A stretch of 64,000 nucleotides of DNA from a virus. Of the stretch, positions 8,592 through 17,470 are shown piece after piece. The DNA lies in IMG/VR virus record IMGVR_UViG_3300014781_000001; one strand, written 5' to 3'. Each line of letters begins with the position of its first letter. Within the stretch, counting starts at the first letter, position 1. Position numbers and translations under genes: made by a program. The notes below the pieces were generated by a model, which was not told the DNA's origin, ran no database searches, and saw nothing but the letters and a program-made list of their open reading frames with translations.

Positions 8592-9194
8592 TTGCCAGCG
8601 TTGTTGGCTATTAAATTGAATATCATTTGTTTAACAATTAAAATATATTGGGATATGATTACGAAAAAAAATGTAAACAAACTACAGAATGCCGTTATCA
8701 AAGAAAATGCTGCAAATTTGGTAGGTGCTGTTAAACTGTACAACGCTCTATTTGCTAATGGAGCTGATCTAAAGGCTATTTGCAAGGCTTTGGAAATACC
8801 AGCAGAATACGCTGTAAAGGTAGCAGCCCTCGCCAAGGATAAAAAACGCCTGGTAGCTGTGTGTAGCCAAATGTTGCCTAAAGTGGGTGATACCTTTGTT
8901 AAATTTTCTCTATACTCTAAAGTATATAAGGATAACAAGGTAGACAAGGAGAAAGGCGTTGAGGCTAAAACGGCTGATTGGTGCGCTGAGAATGTGGTTT
9001 ACGGTAGCGAATATAAATCATTTGGTTTTACTACTGCCGAATCATTGGAGACCAAAAAAAGCACTAAATGGTTGATAAAAGAAAACGACGAGTATAAAGC
9101 TACTTATGTGGCTGTTAAGATCAAATCTTATTCTATTCGCACTGTGGCAAAGTGTGTAAGTGAATACCTCGCACATGAAAGCAACCAGCAGTAA
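8592..9194 (+). CDS. hypothetical protein (the true start is probably the internal ATG near 8655)
   Basis: ORF track. Confidence 0.45.
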   Translation: MPALLAIKLNIICLTIKIYWDMITKKNVNKLQNAVIKENAANLVGAVKLYNALFANGADLKAICKALEIPAEYAVKVAALAKDKKRLVAVCSQMLPKVGDTFVKFSLYSKVYKDNKVDKEKGVEAKTADWCAENVVYGSEYKSFGFTTAESLETKKSTKWLIKENDEYKATYVAVKIKSYSIRTVAKCVSEYLAHESNQQ

Positions 9195-9647
9195 CAAGGC
9201 ACGGAGAGCGCCGTTAAGCTCTCCAAAGGTTTGACGCGTACCGTTAAACGCGCTTGTACGCCGTTGTCAGTGGGTGCACGTCCCGCGTATGCTTTAGACT
9301 GAAGCTGACAAGCAGAGAGTTATTTTACATATTGGAGATAGATATACCGTTGCCCTTGCCGTTGGCAATTAAAGGGCTGGTATTACTGCATGAATCACCC
9401 GAATAGGCGTGATTCATGTTAGGTATGTGATTACAGTTTGGAAAACATGCCGTTGTACGAGGTTTATCTCCAGATCGAAACGTGTCTTACTTGCTTACAC
9501 GAAAAAATAGAACAAGGCTGTAGATTAAATTACAGGGTACAAGCATGTAGCCTACCATGTAGGGACGTGCCGTATCAAAACGCAAGGACACAATCGCCTT
9601 TATTTGTGGCTAAGTTGTGTAGCAGACGGAAAATATAATAACAACAT

Positions 9648-9680
9648 AGTACGGGCCTGTACACAAGAACTACGTACTAA
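9648..9680 (+). promoter_or_regulatory. hairpin family member H-A
   Basis: tagtacg-GGCCTGTACACAAGAACTA-cgtacta. Confidence 0.35.
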
Positions 9681-9727
9681 TTACGGGCTGTTGGTTGTAG
9701 CATAAAATTCGTATAGAATAGGAATGC

Positions 9728-9949
9728 GTGTTCGGTTCGATTCCGGAGCAACCTCTAAATTATAAACAATATAATAACATGGGAAAGAAAGCAATGATCA
9801 ACGCTTTAACTGAAGCGTTCAATAAATCTAAAAACAGTTGCGTAAAAATAACATTGCGTAACTATATCGAGACGGTTGAAGCACTAAGCGAAAGTGAGTA
9901 CAAAGAGGCGGAAGGTTTCTATATTGAAGCACTTAACCGCTGGGGTTAA
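9728..9949 (+). CDS. hypothetical small protein (probable start at the ATG at 9779)
   Basis: ORF track. The 5' part of the called ORF overlaps the conserved T-arm-like box. Confidence 0.4.
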   Translation: MFGSIPEQPLNYKQYNNMGKKAMINALTEAFNKSKNSCVKITLRNYIETVEALSESEYKEAEGFYIEALNRWG

Positions 9950-9971
9950 TCATAATTAAAGCATAAAGAAA

Positions 9972-10178
9972 ATGGAAAGGAAATTTAAATCTCACATGGT
10001 AGACGTTCGCGGTCTGTCCAGGAAAGAAGCTAAAGAAAAGCGGAAAAGAGCGTATCGTGAATTTATGTTGTATCGTGATCTCAAAGAAGCGTATCATGCC
10101 GATACGGGAAAGGATAAATGCAAGCGTAAAGTTCATACATCACGAACATACGTTAAGGAAAATATAAACAGTATTTAA
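9972..10178 (+). CDS. hypothetical small basic protein
   Basis: K/R-rich 68-aa ORF followed by a hairpin plus T-run at 10189-10232. Confidence 0.4.
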   Translation: MERKFKSHMVDVRGLSRKEAKEKRKRAYREFMLYRDLKEAYHADTGKDKCKRKVHTSRTYVKENINSI

Positions 10179-10531
10179 ACAGGAGTAGGGTTGTTCCGAA
10201 CTTCGGAGCGGCCCTATTTTTGTATCCTACTCTTTATATTCATGGGTAGGATATTCTGAGAGTGAACGGCGGACGTGGACAAAATTGGTCTAAAACGAAA
10301 CAAAAATAAGGCCATTCGGATATAATGCCGGTATTTTGTCTATATCATGTCGTTAAAATTGGTCTAAAACGAAACTTGAGGCGGTTTTCTGACCCAAAAT
10401 AGGGTGTCGGATGCCGCCTTTTTCGTCTCTATGGATTGAAAATTAGGCTTATTGTATTTTTCTCAAAAATGAGGTATGCTTGATTATTAATTAGTTAGGT
10501 TTTATAATACCCGTATTTTCGGACATACTTA

Positions 10532-10717
10532 TTGTATTTTTTTTATTTTATGTGGTGGTTTTTATTAGTAGCTGACTTGTATTTTCTGTCGGTTGGTATT
10601 CGTTCTATGTTGGAGTACGGACCGGATCAGTATAATATTGTAATGGTCTTTTGCTTTTCCTTATTGGCTTTGATTATAGGCTTAAATATCTATCTTGATA
10701 GGAGGAGCAGGCGGTAG
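10532..10717 (+). CDS. hypothetical small membrane protein (two hydrophobic helices)
   Basis: MYFFYFMWWFLLVADLYFLSVG....LLALIIGLNIYL. Confidence 0.3.
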   Translation: MYFFYFMWWFLLVADLYFLSVGIRSMLEYGPDQYNIVMVFCFSLLALIIGLNIYLDRRSRR

Positions 10718-11580
10718 GGCGTGGGCTGAAGATTTCTATTCTCTCTATGGAATGATATTATTTCTAAACACTCTATATCCCATTCCATAGTATAGCTCAG
10801 TAGCGCTCTCCGTATGCCGGTAGTGAGGCTGAGAGCGCAGGTTCTATGCTGTAAGCCGGAGGATTAGCCGGGGTTGGAGAGGGGGAGAGGGAGGGCACTC
10901 TCTTCCAACAAAATTCAACAGATCAGCGTTTTAAAACAGTGTTCTGTAGATCATTTCCACAAAATTCAATATGATAAGGGTTTAAAACAGCATTATATAG
11001 GTTCCTTCCAACAGATTAAGGGTTGAGGACTGCATTATGTGAGTATTTTTTTCAATCGGAATGTATAACAATTAAAATATGGATGGTATGAACGTATATG
11101 ATTTTGCACCCGATTTAGATTTGAGTAAAGAAGTAGAAGGTTCTATTTTTGGGGTGAAAGGAATAGAAGGCAGTGATGGTATAGTATGTGCTAAGGTAGT
11201 TAGCTGTGTAGACGTTAAGGATTACAGTTGTGATAGGTGTATTTTTTTATGATTGTTATAAGGATAAATGTTTATTATCGCGTAGTGATAGTTGTATAGA
11301 TGGAGATTGGATTTGTAGGTACGAACAGGCTGCCATAGAGGGGGAGTAGGCGGCGCCTTGGGCTAAGGCCTGCGGTTGTCGGGCAGGACGTAGGTCAAAG
11401 CAGAGCCGGAACAGTTTGTTGTGGAACTAAAAAAAATAAAAAGGAGGAGATAGCGATATGAAAAAGGCATTTAAGATATTTTCTATTATGTTTGTCATAG
11501 AAATAGTGCTGATAGCTATTTTAGATGCTATGGCGTAAGTGAGAAAAATTTCTTCATTAATTTTCTTATGCTTTAGACAG

Positions 11581-11610
11581 AGTGCTCCCGTCTGCGAAGA
11601 TCGGAGCACT
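11581..11610 (+). promoter_or_regulatory. hairpin family member H-B
   Basis: agtgctcc-CGTCTGCGAAGAT-cggagcact. Confidence 0.5.
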
Positions 11611-11640
11611 TGCTTTATGGGATTCATGGTGCGGTAGGTC

Positions 11641-11668
11641 GGTTCGATTCCGGCGATCTCACACAACA
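11641..11668 (+). promoter_or_regulatory. tRNA-T-arm-like conserved box B (GGTTCGATTCCGG..ATCTCACACAACA)
   Basis: Near-identical to the boxes at 12495-12521 and 9735-9753. It lies 24 nt upstream of the ATG at 11692. Confidence 0.5.
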
Positions 11669-11691
11669 TTAAAAACAAAGGAGGAAAGAAA

Positions 11692-12039
11692 ATGAAAGAT
11701 GGTATTACATTACATCCAGAACACGGATTGAATCCGTCTATAGAAGTTTGCATGATATGTGGCGAAGAGATGGGGATTGCTTTATTAGGGAATAACATCA
11801 AAGGGCAGGCGCCGCATCATATATGCACGGGAGAAATATGTGACAATTGCAAAAAGATAATAGATGACGGAGGTTGTTTTATTATCGAAGTCGAGGATGG
11901 ATCAGATCAAAAGAATCCGTATCGTACAGGGAGATATTGCGCGATAAAGAAAGAAGCAGCAAAGAAAATACTTGGACAGGAGCATAGTATTGTGTACATG
12001 GAAAAGTCTGCGTACAGTCAAATAATACCACAAAAATAA
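11692..12039 (+). CDS. hypothetical Cys-rich protein
   Basis: A strong SD-like AAAGGAGGAAAG precedes the ATG. Contains CMICGEE...CTGEICDNC. Confidence 0.55.
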   Translation: MKDGITLHPEHGLNPSIEVCMICGEEMGIALLGNNIKGQAPHHICTGEICDNCKKIIDDGGCFIIEVEDGSDQKNPYRTGRYCAIKKEAAKKILGQEHSIVYMEKSAYSQIIPQK

Positions 12040-12047
12040 AGAAAGAT

Positions 12048-12362
12048 ATGTTTACAAAAGAAGAGCGATTATTCATATGGAAAAAGGTATATGAGATGAT
12101 TGATAGGTTAGAGGATGGGGAATACATATGTGTTGCGTTAAGAAATGTAGTGTTTATGTATTTCAAAACACATAAAAATATCTATGAGTTTCGTTCAGAC
12201 GAAATGGTGAGAATATATTTCCCGGAATTGGAGGAGAAGATAAGTATGGCCACAGAACCAGAGGAAACAAGAACGTTTTATGGGTGGTTTGGTTGTCTTA
12301 GTCCAGAAACGAAGGAGGTAAGGCTGAATATTGTGAAAGATATTATAAAAGAATTAGAATAG
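12048..12362 (+). CDS. hypothetical protein
   Basis: ORF track. Confidence 0.5.
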   Translation: MFTKEERLFIWKKVYEMIDRLEDGEYICVALRNVVFMYFKTHKNIYEFRSDEMVRIYFPELEEKISMATEPEETRTFYGWFGCLSPETKEVRLNIVKDIIKELE

Positions 12363-12408
12363 TATTTTTGTTAATCTATTTTATTCATCAAATTAAGTTT
12401 TGGGTTTT

Positions 12409-12438
12409 GGCATGTCGGTTCGTGAGGATAGGCATGCC
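12409..12438 (+). promoter_or_regulatory. hairpin family member H-C
   Basis: ggcatg-TCGGTTCGTGAGGATAGG-catgcc. Confidence 0.45.
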
Positions 12439-12494
12439 TATTTCTGCATCATAGAGGGGATGACGCGGCGTGCCGGTGCGTATGTGCCGGTCCT

Positions 12495-12521
12495 GGTTCG
12501 ATTCTGGGCATCTCACAAACA
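12495..12521 (+). promoter_or_regulatory. tRNA-T-arm-like conserved box C
   Basis: GGTTCGATTCTGGGCATCTCACAAACA, 17 nt upstream of the ATG at 12538. Confidence 0.5.
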
Positions 12522-12537
12522 ATAAAACAAAAAAGTT

Positions 12538-12771
12538 ATGAGAATATATAAGAATGATATTATAAAGGCGTCAGCAATAAGCACCGGAGCCGACAGAGGC
12601 GTGTTGCTGTGTTCAATAACAGATTCAGGCTTTACGTCTATAGCGGGCGTAATATCGGCTGTTAAGGATAGGTTACCAAACGAAGATCACAAGAAGATGG
12701 TTTTTGAAATCTTGAATGATACGAAAAAAGAGTACGGAAGATATAATAATTGCGGAACAAAAGTATTGTAA
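12538..12771 (+). CDS. hypothetical protein
   Basis: ORF track. Confidence 0.5.
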   Translation: MRIYKNDIIKASAISTGADRGVLLCSITDSGFTSIAGVISAVKDRLPNEDHKKMVFEILNDTKKEYGRYNNCGTKVL

Positions 12772-12828
12772 TAAAGAGTAGAAAACAATATGTTTATGTA
12801 ATATTAGTTTTTTCATTTTTATTGAAAG

Positions 12829-12856
12829 GAGCGCCGGCCTGTGAAGGTATGCGCTC
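12829..12856 (+). promoter_or_regulatory. hairpin family member H2
   Basis: gagcgc-CGGCCTGTGAAGGTAT-gcgctc. Confidence 0.5.
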
Positions 12857-12890
12857 TTTGTATTTGTATAATGCATAAAACAATAATAAT

Positions 12891-13145
12891 ATGACAGAGA
12901 ATAGTATAGACGTAAATATCGTACCTGTAAAGAATGGTGCGAAACGTGTTGTGGTATCATATTACCATTATTCACGCAAGGACAAAAATCACATGAGTTC
13001 CCAAACGGATTACGTTTGGGAAACAAAGAATGAAGAAATGTTTAAATACTTTGAGGCCAGGAGGACAAAAGTATTTTATAGTCAGATTCGTGCCATGTGT
13101 AGATTCTATGGCAAGAAAAATGTACGTAAATACAAAAAGTTATGA
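12891..13145 (+). CDS. hypothetical protein
   Basis: ORF track. Confidence 0.5.
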   Translation: MTENSIDVNIVPVKNGAKRVVVSYYHYSRKDKNHMSSQTDYVWETKNEEMFKYFEARRTKVFYSQIRAMCRFYGKKNVRKYKKL

Positions 13146-13951
13146 TATTAAAAACGACAACCAACGAGTTTTGTTTTATTAACGTAAGTTTCTATGAAAC
13201 AATAGCAGATCCTCGATATTTCTTTGAACAAGATTATGAAGAGATGCCGGAATATGAGGAGGAATTAGATTTTGATTTTGATTCTTATTGTAATAAGTTT
13301 ATTCCTTTTGTACAGGAATGGGCGGATAAGGTGGGCGAACGCCTTTATGAATATGGTGTGAATAACATAAAGGTAATATCGGTAGGACATCCAAAAGAGT
13401 ACAATTATGGTACTGATTGGATGGATGTAAGGATAGAGTTTTGTGATGAATGGAGGCAAAAGATGTTATCTAACATTGGTAAGATTGTTAATGATGATAA
13501 ATGCAAGAAGTATGCGGAGGCTAATTATCGGTCGGTACCAGGATACATCTTTTTAGGGCCTGAAGATTTAAAGGAATTTGAAAAGGAAATAATAGAAAGA
13601 AAGTCGGATTCCGGATATGATGTAACAATATTATTAAATATGTATCTAACTTTGGCTTTTGTAAAAGAATTTGGATTTAAAGCCGGAGAAGCATGGAGTG
13701 AAATAACAGAATATGCTTACGGATGTTTATCGTATTCCGATTTTGCAACAACAGAGATGCTTATACCGGAAGGTTCGGAGCATTTATTCAAAGACATTTA
13801 CACGGCAAAGGCCGACGAATTATATCATCATGTCCTGGATAAATTCGGATGGGCGTGGCGTGATCCGAAATATAAGTCAGAAACAGAATTATGCGCGATG
13901 CTAAAGTGGGCAAAAGAAAAAGGCTTGACCATTGAAGAGTTAAGTATTTAA
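13142..13951 (+). CDS. hypothetical acidic protein
   Basis: ORF track. ATGA overlap with the upstream gene. Confidence 0.55.
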   Translation: MILKTTTNEFCFINVSFYETIADPRYFFEQDYEEMPEYEEELDFDFDSYCNKFIPFVQEWADKVGERLYEYGVNNIKVISVGHPKEYNYGTDWMDVRIEFCDEWRQKMLSNIGKIVNDDKCKKYAEANYRSVPGYIFLGPEDLKEFEKEIIERKSDSGYDVTILLNMYLTLAFVKEFGFKAGEAWSEITEYAYGCLSYSDFATTEMLIPEGSEHLFKDIYTAKADELYHHVLDKFGWAWRDPKYKSETELCAMLKWAKEKGLTIEELSI

Positions 13952-13964
13952 TTGTTAAACATAA

Positions 13965-13996
13965 GGCAGTAGTGGTGCGTGAGTATAGGTGCTGCC
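13965..13996 (+). promoter_or_regulatory. hairpin family member H4
   Basis: ggcagtag-TGGTGCGTGAGTATAG-gtgctgcc. Confidence 0.4.
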
Positions 13997-14263
13997 GTTA
14001 AAATATTTTATAAGATGAAAAAAGAAGAGATTCAAACTATTTTATACACAATCAAAGAAGGAGACAGTATTAAAATCAAAGTACAAGACAAAAGTGAAGA
14101 GATAAGACTGCGGGATCATGTAAGAAGAGTACAGAAATACGGATACAGGTTTTGTTTGTCTCATTTACATGATGGAATTTTCTATCTGGAGAAGTTGAAA
14201 GAAGGGGATAAGGATAAATACTATAGAGTAATAAACAGAGGAAATGGAAAGACCGGAGTATAA
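13979..14263 (+). CDS. hypothetical protein
   Basis: ORF track. Confidence 0.45.
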   Translation: MSIGAAVKIFYKMKKEEIQTILYTIKEGDSIKIKVQDKSEEIRLRDHVRRVQKYGYRFCLSHLHDGIFYLEKLKEGDKDKYYRVINRGNGKTGV

Positions 14264-14537
14264 TAAGCTACGCAAAATGGCTAAGACTACTCCAGGTCTG
14301 ATAGTGGACGAGGTGCAAAACATGATGCGTGTATCGCTATACGATAATGGGGAACTTAAGAAGGTGGTAGTAGTAATGAAATGCGATTCTTTTTTACAGT
14401 CAAAAAGTAACATAGAAAAGATAATGTTATTATCATCTTCTATAGAAGATAGAAAAAACAAGGAAAAAAATAAAACAAAATCAGAAAATGAACAGAATAA
14501 CAAAAATAAGAGAAGAAATAGGAGGAAAACAGGTTGA
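14244..14537 (+). CDS. hypothetical protein with a K/N/R-rich C-terminus
   Basis: ORF track. Confidence 0.45.
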   Translation: MERPEYNKLRKMAKTTPGLIVDEVQNMMRVSLYDNGELKKVVVVMKCDSFLQSKSNIEKIMLLSSSIEDRKNKEKNKTKSENEQNNKNKRRNRRKTG

Positions 14538-14871
14538 TTTGACCTTTTACGGGCGCTTTTGCAGCCTTATCGAAGGTGATAGAAAGATAATACTAAGGGC
14601 GATAAAAAACGGTCGTAAAAAAGGCGTAATCGGAGCTATTCAGCCTGGGAGACATGATAGAATTTGGACCACATGGTCTATTGCTTTTGATGATCTGAAG
14701 GTGGGGAATACGGTAGAGTTCAGTACATCTGGAAAATACAATCCAGGTTTTCATTCTACAGAAAAGTATGTAGGATGTGTAGAATGGATAAAAGGATCGG
14801 AATGTGCGATAAAAACCGGCAATGGAATGGCGGTAGTATTAATTAAACACATAGAAAGGGTAGTAAAATGA
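14488..14871 (+). CDS. hypothetical protein
   Basis: ORF track. Confidence 0.5.
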   Translation: MNRITKIREEIGGKQVDLTFYGRFCSLIEGDRKIILRAIKNGRKKGVIGAIQPGRHDRIWTTWSIAFDDLKVGNTVEFSTSGKYNPGFHSTEKYVGCVEWIKGSECAIKTGNGMAVVLIKHIERVVK

Positions 14872-15152
14872 TGGATTTAAGGATGTTTATAGACCTATTT
14901 CAGGAGATTGAGGTAGAAAACTTGTTTAAAGCGTTAGATTTATGTATGGAATATGTAAGATTAGATTTACATGTGTTTAATGTAGGAGCTCATGTAACGT
15001 GTTCATACAGCAATGATCTTGAATCTCTTTCACAGGCAGAAGGTTGTAATGTGAATATGATAATAGAGGTACCCTACTTATTCGAAGCATTCATGGAATA
15101 TGCTTCACCGGAAATGAAGTTGTATTATGAAAAACTAACAGAGATAGTATAA
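14868..15152 (+). CDS. hypothetical protein
   Basis: ORF track. ATGA overlap. Confidence 0.5.
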   Translation: MMDLRMFIDLFQEIEVENLFKALDLCMEYVRLDLHVFNVGAHVTCSYSNDLESLSQAEGCNVNMIIEVPYLFEAFMEYASPEMKLYYEKLTEIV

Positions 15153-15153
15153 T

Positions 15154-15627
15154 ATGAAAGAAGAAGTAGAACGGATAAAGAAGTTGGTAGGCATAGATCA
15201 TAACAGATGGGAGCAACCTTGTACATGTGATAAATGTAAAAACATGTGTAAAGTTCCTTGTATTGGTACGCCAAAAGACATAGAGGCTATCATAGATGCC
15301 GGATACGCTGACAGGTTAAAAGAAACAATGTGGATGGTAGGGTATCTTGCAGTGAAAGAAAAACCAATAGCGATGATCCAGCCAACAGAGAAAGACGGGT
15401 GGTGCGCATTCCGCCAGCCGGGCGGTCTCTGCGAGCTGCATGACCTCGGACTAAAGCCGACTGAAGGAGTTCTGGCTTCTTGTAAGGTGGTTGAAGAAGA
15501 CGATATTCCGACATACGAAACATCCGTACTTAGAGCAGTAGCTCACGAGTGGGTTAAGGTGGAGAACTTTGGAAATGTAATGAAGGTCGTTTTTAAATTT
15601 TTGCATGAAAATGAACGTAGAAAATAA
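15154..15627 (+). CDS. hypothetical Cys-rich (zinc-binding-like) protein
   Basis: CTCDKCKNMCKVPC cluster. Confidence 0.5.
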   Translation: MKEEVERIKKLVGIDHNRWEQPCTCDKCKNMCKVPCIGTPKDIEAIIDAGYADRLKETMWMVGYLAVKEKPIAMIQPTEKDGWCAFRQPGGLCELHDLGLKPTEGVLASCKVVEEDDIPTYETSVLRAVAHEWVKVENFGNVMKVVFKFLHENERRK

Positions 15628-16015
15628 ATTAAATAAAGTGGTTAAGATCCTAAAAGAAAAAGGATTCGTAGTATATAGAAAGGGCGGGAAGGAGCCAGGT
15701 GTATTTTATGCCAAAGAAGGTGACAGCCGGATAGGATTCGTTTATCCAAACAACGGATATATATACGACAGGATAAAAATGTGGTCTTTTTCAAGGGTGT
15801 ATAAACCACATAAGAAAACCGGATCTTCGTGTTTAATGTGTGTCAGCGACGAATTTACTATAGAAAATGCGATTAAGAGCATAGAAGATAGACTGTGGGT
15901 GAATTACATAAAAGACGGTAACAGAAAACGACCAGAAGAATATAAAAATATAAGAGAATTTGTTGGTAGCTTCACTAAATTCTACAACTCTGTAGAATTA
16001 GTTGAGGTTAAGTAG
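15605..16015 (+). CDS. hypothetical protein
   Basis: ORF track. Confidence 0.5.
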   Translation: MKMNVENKLNKVVKILKEKGFVVYRKGGKEPGVFYAKEGDSRIGFVYPNNGYIYDRIKMWSFSRVYKPHKKTGSSCLMCVSDEFTIENAIKSIEDRLWVNYIKDGNRKRPEEYKNIREFVGSFTKFYNSVELVEVK

Positions 16016-16035
16016 TTTTCCATGTAAGTTAGTTA

Positions 16036-16072
16036 CCGGCACTGGTCTGCGAAGATAGGTGCCGTTTTTTTT
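16036..16072 (+). terminator. hairpin family member H3 acting as an intrinsic terminator
   Basis: ccggcac-TGGTCTGCGAAGATAG-gtgccg followed by TTTTTTTT. Confidence 0.65.
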
Positions 16073-16093
16073 ATTCAAGAAAGGAGGACAAAG

Positions 16094-16345
16094 ATGGAGA
16101 AAAGAGACAAGAAGATGCCTTACGAGGTAGTCATACAGGAAAGAAAAAGAGTGGATTTATACGGTAACGTAGTGTATTATATCTATTGGTTTGATAAATA
16201 TGGGTACAATATCACAAAAGAATGGAAATTCTGGAGCAAGGGCCCGAAAAAGAAATACGATAGAGTTAATCGTTATCTAACGGATAGTTGGCTGAAGGAA
16301 TACTGTGGGAATAACGATTTAAAGATAAGGAGAATAAAGGAATGA
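16094..16345 (+). CDS. hypothetical protein
   Basis: An SD-like AAAGGAGGACAAAG precedes the ATG. Confidence 0.55.
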   Translation: MEKRDKKMPYEVVIQERKRVDLYGNVVYYIYWFDKYGYNITKEWKFWSKGPKKKYDRVNRYLTDSWLKEYCGNNDLKIRRIKE

Positions 16346-16857
16346 AAAAGATAAAAGTAGACAAAGTGATATTATATTACATGGATCGGGTAGACCCTGA
16401 CGGGAACCTATACCGGTTCTATGTATATAAAGGCATGGCATCTGAAATAGAATACTTTTGCACGGAAAAGGCAGGCAATATGACTATACCAATCGGAGAA
16501 GGAGAGTATGTCAAGATTGTACCAAAAGAAATAGAGAAAATACCAGTAAGGGGATATAGGGAGCTTACTGGAATATGGAATCGTGAAACATGTAACGGGA
16601 AGGGATGGTATAGGCTTTTTAATTATTTCAAATACAAGCCGACCCTATGTTATTTTAAAAAAGCGGGACATGGTGAAAATGGGAACACAAGATACGAAAT
16701 ATCATTATTTAACAACATTATAAATGTGACAAGATATTTTAATCTGTGGAGAATGAAGCCAGGAAAGTATGCTATGGTAACAAACGAGTGTGGCGCCTTG
16801 GATGTTATAAAAGAAAAATTTGACAACATAAATATAGTGGAATATGGATCTGAATGA
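16342..16857 (+). CDS. hypothetical protein
   Basis: ORF track. Confidence 0.5.
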   Translation: MKKIKVDKVILYYMDRVDPDGNLYRFYVYKGMASEIEYFCTEKAGNMTIPIGEGEYVKIVPKEIEKIPVRGYRELTGIWNRETCNGKGWYRLFNYFKYKPTLCYFKKAGHGENGNTRYEISLFNNIINVTRYFNLWRMKPGKYAMVTNECGALDVIKEKFDNINIVEYGSE

Positions 16858-17212
16858 ATTGTACAAAGAAATAGAAAAAGCAGAGGTTGATCTGAATGCA
16901 AAAAGATTAAAGTACATCAAAGAGGCATTAGTGGAGAACGGTGGAAGTATAAAGCTAAAATTCAAAGAATTTAAAGAGTTTAAAGAAACTAATGATGCGT
17001 TTGACTTCGATGATCAGTTTCCGGTGATAATAGAAATTGCTGGGATTCCTATGTATTTAACGGAAGTGTATGTCAAAAAAAACGATTTTCGTATAGTTCT
17101 GCTGGATTATGATGATATGACTTTAGGTGATTATGATAATACAGGGGAAAATGAACAGGTTGCTTATTTTATTAACTATTGTTTAAATCAAGACAAAGAT
17201 GGGAAAGAGTAG
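16844..17212 (+). CDS. hypothetical acidic protein
   Basis: ORF track. Confidence 0.5.
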   Translation: MDLNELYKEIEKAEVDLNAKRLKYIKEALVENGGSIKLKFKEFKEFKETNDAFDFDDQFPVIIEIAGIPMYLTEVYVKKNDFRIVLLDYDDMTLGDYDNTGENEQVAYFINYCLNQDKDGKE

Positions 17213-17387
17213 AAAAGATTATGAGAAGTTTCTTAACTCCATATCTCCAGATAGAGACGATGAAGCATGGGTTATTGGAGGAAAGAACAGGTATTGCGGT
17301 AGAGAGAATTATGGCACTATGATCAAAAGGTATGATCCTATTGGTTTTAATGTAGGGTACAGGGAGTGGGTAGAACAGCCAGGGTAA
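17199..17387 (+). CDS. hypothetical small protein
   Basis: ORF track. Confidence 0.4.
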   Translation: MGKSRKDYEKFLNSISPDRDDEAWVIGGKNRYCGRENYGTMIKRYDPIGFNVGYREWVEQPG

Positions 17388-17470
17388 GGCGACGCCTGCC
17401 CTGCCATGAGGTCGGCCTGGCTGTTCGTGACCAGGACCGCACATTAGTCAGATAGTGAACAGCGAAAACA

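Noticed and set aside
9735-12521. tRNA T-arm-like boxes as additional tRNA genes
   Set aside because: I could not pair an acceptor stem or place D and anticodon arms for any of the three copies. In copy B the distance from hairpin to T-arm is too short. I treat them as tRNA-like motifs, not genes.
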